Part shown: positions 1-6,300 of the stretch, in pieces
Layout of the letters: every line of letters starts with the position of its first letter
Numbering within the stretch: the first letter of the stretch is position 1
The notes under the pieces: model-generated
Databases searched by the model: none
The model's input: the letters and a program-made list of their open reading frames with translations, nothing else
Told to the model about the DNA's origin: nothing
Translations under genes and position numbers: made by a program
Assembly: GCA_937886445.1 (NCBI GenBank)
Contig: CALGBY010000004.1
Location: 1 to 17,645 of the forward strand
DNA length: 17,645 nucleotides
Reading direction: 5' to 3'
Origin: an uncultured Clostridia bacterium
GTDB taxonomy: Bacteria; Bacillota; Clostridia; Christensenellales; Aristaeellaceae

Positions 1-169
1 CCTTCTGGGTTTCAAATCCTCTTTGCTTTTGTGGGGCGTTTTTTCACAGCCCCTTATCATATCAAGGTCATTCCATGTTATGTGTATTGGTATCCAAACT
101 ACACTTTGGTTATCAAATGTTTATTGAAGCAAAACACCATTACCGATAACAGCGGTAAGAATGATGGAA

Positions 170-409
170 TTATAGCAATTTCAGATATTTATACACCGTC
201 GGTCTACTCAGCCCGCAAATCCGTGCAAACTCTGATACATTCATCTGCCCCGACATGAAGGCGGGATAGTGCTTGTAAAAGATTGCGGGAATGTCGTCTT
301 TCGTCGTGGGCTTCCTGCCGATGTGCTTACCCTTTTCACGAGCGTTTGCTATGCCGCTCTTGACTCTTGCGCGGAGGATGGAAAGCTCCAATACCGCGAA
401 GACACCGAA
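170..409 (-). pseudogene. 5'-truncated small serine recombinase (resolvase/invertase) remnant; only the C-terminal arm and HTH DNA-binding domain survive
   Basis: The last ~80 aa of minus ORF 170..511 read ...FGVFAVLELSILRARVKSGIANAREKGKHIGRKPTTKDDIPAIFYKHY...MNVSEFARICGLSRPTVYKYLKLL*. This matches the end of the E-helix, the GRKP arm and the HTH of resolvase-type recombinases. The ~100-aa catalytic N-domain with the nucleophilic Ser is absent from all minus frames. Upstream of ~409 the frame runs straight through a terminator hairpin. The 5' boundary is approximate. Confidence 0.7.
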
Positions 410-433
410 AGGCACATAGACCGCCCGAGGGAC

Positions 434-465
434 AAAAAAGGAACCGCCCGTTACCGAACGGTTCC
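434..465 (-). terminator. Rho-independent terminator downstream of the NUDIX gene
   Basis: The minus-strand RNA forms GGAACCG-(12 nt)-CGGUUCC, 7 perfect bp (440..446 with 459..465). It is followed directly by UUUUUU (A-run 434..439 on +), about 100 nt after the NUDIX stop at 568. Confidence 0.7.
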
Positions 466-567
466 CTGAAGTCTCCTTGATTTGTAAGGGGTTTCTTACT
501 TGCTGAAACAACGCTCATGCAGTCCTTCGCAGGCCTTGCCGTGGCGCGCTTCATCGTGCCGGACCGG

Positions 568-981
568 TCATTGCCCGGATAAGAACGCCTGAGCAGCGAC
601 AAGGACCCGCCGGGAGCCTTCGTGCCGAAAAAGCGGCATGGCTTCCGCATAGGGAAGCAGAAGGATCTTCCTGATCTCTCCCTGCTGCGGAACAAGCGGT
701 TCATTACCGAATTCTGACAGGAAGTACACCACCTGCTTATGCGTGCCGGGCTTTTCGGAAAGGTCGTATTCTTCCGTTTCCCGAAAGCCGGGAAAAAACA
801 CGGGAAGCAGGCCGGTTTCTTCACGGATCTCCCTTGCCGCGGTCTGCTCTTCCGTTTCATTGCCTTCCACATGTCCCTTGGGAAAGCTGTATGCTCCTGA
901 CGCTTCCTGCACGATCACGTATCTGATTTCTCCGCCGCTCCTTGTGAATACCACGGCGCCGCATGATTTTTCCCAGTTCAT
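568..981 (-). CDS. NUDIX hydrolase, Ap4A-hydrolase (NUDT2)-like
   Basis: 137-aa ORF with a complete Nudix box, GHVEGNETEEQTAAREIREETGL (GX5EX7REUXEEXGU). The layout SCGAVVF...FPKGH...KQVVYFLSE is typical of bis(5'-nucleosyl)-tetraphosphatase-type NUDIX proteins. RBS AAGGAG lies 7 nt upstream of the ATG. Confidence 0.9.
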   Translation of the reverse strand: MNWEKSCGAVVFTRSGGEIRYVIVQEASGAYSFPKGHVEGNETEEQTAAREIREETGLLPVFFPGFRETEEYDLSEKPGTHKQVVYFLSEFGNEPLVPQQGEIRKILLLPYAEAMPLFRHEGSRRVLVAAQAFLSGQ

Positions 982-1002
982 GGCGATCTCCTTTCCGTAC
1001 GG

Positions 1003-1025
1003 AAAACGGCAGGGGGCTGCCCTGC
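1003..1025 (-). terminator. Weak terminator/attenuator hairpin between the rubrerythrin fusion gene and the NUDIX gene
   Basis: The minus RNA forms GCAGGG-cagcc-CCCUGC (6 bp, 1009..1025) followed by CGUUUUCC. It sits 15 nt after the stop at 1040 and directly before the NUDIX RBS. The short stem and short U-tract suggest leaky termination. Confidence 0.45.
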
Positions 1026-1039
1026 TGTTGGGGGTGGAT

Positions 1040-1579
1040 TTACTTTCCGAAGTAACGCTTCAGCAGACCCGCGAACGCTTTTCCGTGGCGCGCCTCGTCC
1101 TTTGCCATTTCATGCACGGTGTCGTGGATGGCGTCCAGACCCAGCTCCTTGGCTTTTTTGGCCAGATCGGCCTTGCCGGAGGTGGCGCCGTTTTCGGCTT
1201 CCACGCGTACGGCCAGATTTTCCTTGGTGGAGGCGGATACCACTTCGCCAAGCAGCTCGGCAAACTTTGCGGCATGCTCGGCTTCCTCAAAAGCGGCGGT
1301 CTTCCAGTATTCGGCGATCTCGGGATAGCCTTCACGGGCGGCGGCGCGGCTCATGGCCAGATACATGCCCACTTCGGTGCATTCGCCGTTGAAATTGGCG
1401 CGCAGGCCTTCCCTGATCTCATCGGGAACATCCTTCGCGATGCCGATCACATGCTCGGCGGCCCATATCATTTCGCCGCTCTGCTTCACAAACTTGCTCG
1501 CGGGAGCCTTGCAGAGGGGGCACTTTTCGGGAGCCTCTTCGCCTTCATACACATAACCACATACAGAACATATCCATTT
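1040..1579. repeat. Direct repeat copy A (reverse-rubrerythrin module inside the fusion gene)
   Basis: Aligns to 2272..2811 at a constant offset of 1232 nt. By hand alignment there are 12 mismatches, no indels, and 342 nt (1071..1412) with zero differences. The flanks on both sides are unrelated. Confidence 0.95.
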
Positions 1580-2221
1580 TTTGCTGCCGACAGTCTTCGC
1601 TTCGGGAATCGCGGCGGGAGCCGCATCCGTGCGGACGAAATCGTTCTTGCCGTGGTGGCAGATGGGGCATTCGTAATCATCGGGCAGATCGTCACCTTCG
1701 TATACATAGCCGCATACGCTGCATACCCAGCCCTTTTTCTGCACAGGCTTGGGCTTGATGCTGCTCTGATAGTAGCCGTAAGTAACGGAAGGCTCGTTCC
1801 CGAGCACTTCGCCGTCCGTTACTTCCGCAATGAACAGCGTGTGCGTGCCCAGATCATAGTGCTCCGTCACTCTGGCGGACAGATAACCGTTCGCCATCGC
1901 GGTCAGGTGATAAAGACCGTTTTCGCTGCGCGCCACGGAAGCAAAACCATCGAATTTATCAATATCGCGTCCCGAGTGCATGCCGAATCGCTGAAACAGA
2001 CCGAAGTCGGCTCTCGTATCGATGGTGGATACATTGAACACGCCCGTATTCAGGATCATGTCGTGCGTCAGATTTTTCTTGATGACGGAGATCGATATGC
2101 GTTCGGGCTCATTTGCCACCTGACCTGCCGTATTGATGATGCAGCCGTTATCTTTTCCGTTCTCACGGGCTGTGAGCAGATACAGCCCGTAAGTGATCTT
2201 GAACATTGCTTTGGGATCCAT
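1040..2221 (-). CDS. Three-module fusion protein: flavin reductase-like (FMN) domain + rubredoxin + reverse rubrerythrin (Rd-like domain + diiron four-helix domain)
   Basis: 393-aa ORF with RBS GGGAGG. aa 1-~155 form a Flavin_Reduct-type domain ([11 protein letters not shown]..., SGRDIDKF). aa 164-196 form a rubredoxin ([12 protein letters not shown]...[13 protein letters not shown]). aa 214-393 form a reverse rubrerythrin ([21 protein letters not shown], then ferritin-like helices with FEEAEH and KDEARH diiron motifs). Confidence 0.9.
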   Translation of the reverse strand: MDPKAMFKITYGLYLLTARENGKDNGCIINTAGQVANEPERISISVIKKNLTHDMILNTGVFNVSTIDTRADFGLFQRFGMHSGRDIDKFDGFASVARSENGLYHLTAMANGYLSARVTEHYDLGTHTLFIAEVTDGEVLGNEPSVTYGYYQSSIKPKPVQKKGWVCSVCGYVYEGDDLPDDYECPICHHGKNDFVRTDAAPAAIPEAKTVGSKKWICSVCGYVYEGEEAPEKCPLCKAPASKFVKQSGEMIWAAEHVIGIAKDVPDEIREGLRANFNGECTEVGMYLAMSRAAAREGYPEIAEYWKTAAFEEAEHAAKFAELLGEVVSASTKENLAVRVEAENGATSGKADLAKKAKELGLDAIHDTVHEMAKDEARHGKAFAGLLKRYFGK

Positions 2222-2237
2222 AATTTCCTCCCTGATG

Positions 2238-2259
2238 AAAAGGACGGCCGAAGCCGCCC
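2238..2259 (-). terminator. Intercistronic UUCG-tetraloop stem-loop (partial terminator or mRNA-stabiliser candidate)
   Basis: The minus RNA forms GGGCGGC-UUCG-GCCGUCC (7 bp including one G-U, 2242..2259) followed by UUUU (2238..2241). The RBS GGGAGG of the fusion gene follows. The element lies in the 50-nt gap between the two rubrerythrin genes. Confidence 0.4.
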
Positions 2260-2271
2260 TCTCAATGGTTC

Positions 2272-2811
2272 TTACTTTCCGAAGTAGCGCTTCAGCAGAC
2301 CGGCGAACGCTTTTCCGTGGCGCGCCTCGTCCTTTGCCATTTCATGCACGGTGTCGTGGATGGCGTCCAGACCCAGCTCCTTGGCTTTTTTGGCCAGATC
2401 GGCCTTGCCGGAGGTGGCGCCGTTTTCGGCTTCCACGCGTACGGCCAGATTTTCCTTGGTGGAGGCGGATACCACTTCGCCAAGCAGCTCGGCAAACTTT
2501 GCGGCATGCTCGGCTTCCTCAAAAGCGGCGGTCTTCCAGTATTCGGCGATCTCGGGATAGCCTTCACGGGCGGCGGCGCGGCTCATGGCCAGATACATGC
2601 CCACTTCGGTGCATTCGCCGTTGAAATTGGCGCGCAGGCCTTCCTTGATCTCATCGGGAACATCCTTCGCGATGCCGATCACATGCTCGGCGGCCCATAC
2701 CATTTCGCCGCTCTGCTTTACAAACTTGCTTGCGGGAGCCTTGCAGAGGGGGCACTTTTCGGGAGCCGCTTCACCTTCATACACATAACCGCACACAGAA
2801 CATACCCACTT
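2272..2811. repeat. Direct repeat copy B (stand-alone reverse rubrerythrin gene)
   Basis: Partner of 1040..1579 with ~97.8% identity. The repeat starts exactly at the stop codon and ends at about codon 3 of the stand-alone gene. Confidence 0.95.
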
Positions 2812-2817
2812 CGTCAT
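2272..2817 (-). CDS. rbr: Reverse rubrerythrin (rubperoxin-type: N-terminal rubredoxin-like Fe(Cys)4 domain, C-terminal diiron domain)
   Basis: 181-aa ORF. The N-terminus reads [28 protein letters not shown] and is followed by a ferritin-like domain with two ExxH motifs. RBS GGAGG lies 9 nt upstream. The start overlaps the perR stop (ATGA at 2814..2817). Confidence 0.95.
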   Translation of the reverse strand: MTKWVCSVCGYVYEGEAAPEKCPLCKAPASKFVKQSGEMVWAAEHVIGIAKDVPDEIKEGLRANFNGECTEVGMYLAMSRAAAREGYPEIAEYWKTAAFEEAEHAAKFAELLGEVVSASTKENLAVRVEAENGATSGKADLAKKAKELGLDAIHDTVHEMAKDEARHGKAFAGLLKRYFGK

Positions 2818-3257
2818 TTTACATTTCCTCCGTTGTCATTTTCATATTGCGGCGTTTTCGCCGTATTGTACGGGACAGCCCTTTCACACTCGCCGCACAC
2901 CCCGCGGAACACCAGGTCATACCCTGTTACGCGCATGCCCTTCGTATCCGTCAGCGCCTCCTTCAGGTCTCCCAGCGGGAGCGTATCCACATCAAACACC
3001 CTTTTGCATTTTTCGCAGAAAGCATGCACATGGGCACCGGTGGTGTGGTCATAATGCTCCGCCTCGCCGGGCACGCGTACCCGCAGGATGGCGCCTTCCT
3101 CAGACAGGATGTTCAGGTTTCTGTACACGGTGGCACGGCTTACCGAGGGGCAGCGGGACGCGATGAGCGAATACACCTGATCCGCCGTGGCGTGACACTG
3201 CAGCTCTCTTACCGCGGAGAGCACCAGCTCTCTTTGCAGCGTGCTTCGTCTGTCCAT
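2814..3257 (-). CDS. perR: Fur-family metalloregulator, PerR-like peroxide-responsive repressor
   Basis: 147-aa ORF with a winged-helix N-domain ([10 protein letters not shown]...[12 protein letters not shown]). His/Asp-rich regulatory-site residues are present ([14 protein letters not shown]), as are two CxxC pairs (CEKC, CGEC). It is the first cistron of a rubrerythrin operon, which is the basis for the PerR subtype call. RBS AGGAGG. Confidence 0.75.
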   Translation of the reverse strand: MDRRSTLQRELVLSAVRELQCHATADQVYSLIASRCPSVSRATVYRNLNILSEEGAILRVRVPGEAEHYDHTTGAHVHAFCEKCKRVFDVDTLPLGDLKEALTDTKGMRVTGYDLVFRGVCGECERAVPYNTAKTPQYENDNGGNVK

Positions 3258-3293
3258 ACTCCCTCCTGCTGTTAGGACTGTATCTCAATTAGT

Positions 3294-3322
3294 ATTATGT
3301 ATCAATAGTGAGGATTTGTCAA
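3294..3322 (-). promoter_or_regulatory. Sigma-A-type promoter of the perR operon
   Basis: Minus strand: TTGACA (3317..3322), a 17-nt spacer, then CATAAT (3294..3299), about 35 nt upstream of the perR ATG. A weak AT-rich dyad (3286..3308) overlaps the -10. Confidence 0.6.
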
Positions 3323-3330
3323 CCCCTTTT

Positions 3331-3379
3331 TGCAAAAAAAATTCCGGCGTGCAAAACGCGTTCGCGCTTCGCACGCCGG
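3331..3379 (-). terminator. Rho-independent terminator of the beta-propeller protein gene
   Basis: Perfect 9-bp stem CCGGCGUGC/GCACGCCGG (3344..3352 with 3371..3379). On the minus strand it is followed by AAUUUUUUUU (A-run 3334..3341 on +). It begins 10 nt after the TAA stop at 3389. Confidence 0.8.
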
Positions 3380-3388
3380 TTTACTTGT

Positions 3389-6300
3389 TTATTTCAGCTG
3401 GATGCCGTACATGGCAGGGGTCTTTTTATCCGAGGTGCCTATCACCAGTATATCGCCGTACACGGCAGGGGAGGCGGTGATCTGCCCGCCCAGGCTGAGG
3501 CTGCTGATCTCGCTGCCGGTTTTGCCGTCCAGCAGATGCAGCACGCCGCTCTCATCCGCCTGAATGATCCACGCGTTGCCGGCCTTGTTGTACACGGCTA
3601 CGGGGGAGGAAACGGCGGTGGTCGTAAGCTCCTTCTGCCATACCGGACGGCCGGTAAACTTGTCCAGCGCGATCACGGCGGAGGTTTTGCCGTTTCCGGT
3701 CTTGTTGACGGTAAAGATCACAAGATCGTCTATGCTGTTCTGGCCGATCACGGGGCTGGCGGCACAGCCGCTGGTTTTGGCGGAGGAATCCTTCTGGCAG
3801 GCGATCTCATAGCTCCACACCTCGCGGCCGCTCAACGTGTCCACACGGCGCAGCGTTACGCTCTGCTTTTTGGTAAGGCGCACATAGGAGGTATTGCCGG
3901 TGTACAGGCCAAGGTCTCCCTTGCTGTCCCAATCCAGCGCGACTGCGGCGCTTATATTGTCTCCGCAGTCCAGCGCCCACACGCTGGTCATGGTGTCGGT
4001 ATCCACGCAGCGCAGGATGCCGTGGGCATCGGCTGTGTAAAGATAGCGTCCGTACATGGCGGGGGCGGAGGCGATACCGGTGCGGTTATCCTTCTGGTCT
4101 CCCGCCTTGCTGCGCTGGTACACATATTCGGGGTCCAGCTTGACGGTCTTGGTATCGATATGGTCAAAGAAGGTGTTCAGATCCACCGTGTAGATCAGGC
4201 CGTTTTCGCCGGCCACGATCAGCTTTTCATCATAGGAGCCGCCTTTGGGCGCGGTATCGTAAAGGAACAGGCCGGAGGAGGTGAAGGCGCCGTTGGTGTT
4301 GTACTGCACCTGGCCGTTCGCGCTGCGCCCGTTGAGGAAGAGAAGCTGCGAGCAATCGATCAGGCTGTACACATAGTAGCCGATCTTGCCCGTTTTTCCG
4401 TTCGGCATCTTGGATACCGTCTGCCCGAAGGAGAGGATGGGCAGGGAATAGGCGTCCACGCTCACGCTGCTCTTCATGGGGTAGCCCAGGTTGATGGTGC
4501 TGCGGGTGGCGGAGCCGTCATTCAGATCCAGAAAATAGACCTTTCCGTCCTGCGCGGCAAAGATGACCTCCTTCAGCTTCTGCGTGTCCTTTTTGGCCTG
4601 GGTGAGGTTCATCATGGCGCGTACATCGCCGGGCCACTTGATGATGGCGGGCTGGCTGCCGAAGCCTACGCCGTATACGGTGCTGTCCGCCGTTTTCAGG
4701 CTGCCCAGAGGCGTGCTCCACAGGATCTCCATGCGGCCCTCGGTGATCTCCGCTGTGCCGTAGGCGGCATTGCGGCGGAAGTTATCGCCGCGGAAGGTGA
4801 ATACGCCGCCGTTTGTGAAGGAATACTTATCGGGATCGGGAGCACAGAGGGATTCCTCACGGTTATAATCCGTAAGGCGCTTGCTGCCCCTGTATACTTC
4901 CTCGTTCAGCTTGATCGAGACCGGATCCGCCTCCTCGGCGCGCTTTACGGAAAGCAGCGGCATGGGGGTGGGGGTGGGCACGGGCGTGGGCGTGGGCTCC
5001 GCGGTGGGCACGGGCGTGGGGCTGGGAGAGGGCGTTGCCGTGGGCGGCATCGTGATCCTTTCGGGCTCCGGCGTGGGCGTGGCAGGCTCCGGCGTGACCC
5101 TGAAGGGCGTGGCGGAGGGCTCGGCCGTGCGGTTGGGCACGGGGGTGCGCACCGCGCTCTGGGTGCTTTGCGGGGTGATGATCACATCCGCCGCCGGTTC
5201 CGTAACGGAAAGCAGCAGGGCGGTATCGGTATCTTCCCATTCTCCGCGGTCATTCAGGCAGGATACATAGATATTGCCCTCATAGGGCTCGTCAAAGCGG
5301 ATAACGCAGGTCCAGATCAGCTTGCCGTTTTCCTGCTTGATCACCTTGTCATCGCTCATGTTCAGCGGGGTACCTTCCCAGTCCGAAAGGGTCACCTGTC
5401 TTACATCGGTGGAGGTGACCACGCGCACCGAGATATCGCGCCCTGTTTCAAGGGGCGTAACGGTGCCGGGCAGCAGGGATACGCTTTCGGCCTTTACAGC
5501 CGGTACCGGCGTAACGGGAGGCGCGGCGGATACCGTGATATGCACGCATTCGGGTGAGCGGTACCACTGAGCGCCCGCCCTGTAGCCGGCATAGAGGCAG
5601 CCGTCATAGGGCTGGGTGAAGGAGGGTACTACGCATTTCCACAGCCGCTGGCTCTCATCGGGGTTCTGACATTCATTGCGGCTGGCCGCGAAGGTATCGT
5701 TATCAAAGTAGAGGCGTATCTCCTCCGCTTCGCTTGTGGCGTATACATACACATTCAGCTCGCAGGGGGTGGCGGCTACCAGCTCATCGCTGCGGTCCTC
5801 CGTGTTGACAGAGATGATCGCGCTGTTTTCATCAGTATAAAGCAGGGCCGCGTTCGCGCCGGGAACGGGAGTCATCACCGGGGGAACGGGCTGCGCGGAG
5901 GCGTACGGGACGGCGGGCGAGGAGAGAGGCTCCTCATCCGCGAGGCCCAGCGGCGCCAGCAGCGTGTTTTTCGTTCTGGTGTACAGGTCGTTCAGCATGC
6001 TGCCCTTCTTTTCGCCCTTTCCGATCAGGCACAGGGCGGAAAAGGCCAGCACCACCAGCACCAGCGTGACCAGGATCATGCGGGGCCAGATGGGGTGGGA
6101 ACCTTCTTCATAATCGTAGGAAGCGTCCTCCTCTCGGCTGCCGCGGTCATAGGGCGGCTGCGTTTTGGCGCGTTCGCTTCTGCCGCGGTATACGCGCGCG
6201 TCCTCGGCATCTTCCATACGGGAACGGGAATAGCCATTGCCCTCCTGCCCGGCGCCGGCCGCGCGTTCGCTTCTGCCGCGGTAAACACGCGCGTCATCGG

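Noticed and set aside
1-40. GGGTTTCAAATCC near the window start looked like a tRNA T-arm, which would suggest a tRNA 3' end or att site next to the recombinase remnant
   Set aside because: Neither possible 7-nt T-loop register gives a 5-bp T-stem (at best 2 Watson-Crick pairs plus a wobble). No acceptor or CCA context follows.
31-258. 75-aa plus-strand ORF (GTG start) in the AT-rich left edge
   Set aside because: It has no RBS, overlaps the resolvase HTH coding region on the opposite strand, and gives an implausible Tyr/Ile/Cys-rich peptide. It is probably a chance ORF in AT-rich DNA.
743-2287. 514-aa plus-strand ORF, together with the shorter duplicated ORFs 1102..1392 / 2193..2624 and 1119..1328 / 2351..2560
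   Set aside because: It lies antisense to the NUDIX and rubrerythrin genes and crosses their intergenic terminator and RBS. The translation is Gly/Ala/Arg-rich with no recognisable motif. Stop-poor antisense frames like this are typical of high-GC DNA. The duplicated small ORFs are only shadows of the 540-bp repeat.
3258-3330. Search for a canonical PerR/Fur 7-1-7 box (TTATAAT-N-ATTATAA type) in the perR promoter
   Set aside because: No good match was found by eye. Only a 6/9 imperfect dyad overlaps the -10, so I report it as weak inside a finding rather than as an operator feature.
4955-5185. Whether the reiterated GGGCACGGGCGTGGG units or the rubrerythrin repeats could be a CRISPR-like or other repeat-spacer array
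   Set aside because: The units are short, imperfect and in frame within a coding Pro/Thr linker. The rubrerythrin repeat has only two copies of 540 bp, each coinciding with a CDS. No repeat-spacer periodicity exists anywhere in the window.
3308-5557. 749-aa plus-strand ORF including a striking GRGRGLRGGHGRGAGRGRCRGRHR tract
   Set aside because: It is antisense to the well-supported beta-propeller gene. The Gly/Arg tract is simply the reverse-complement reading of the Pro/Thr linker. The ORF also starts inside the perR promoter and the upstream terminator region.
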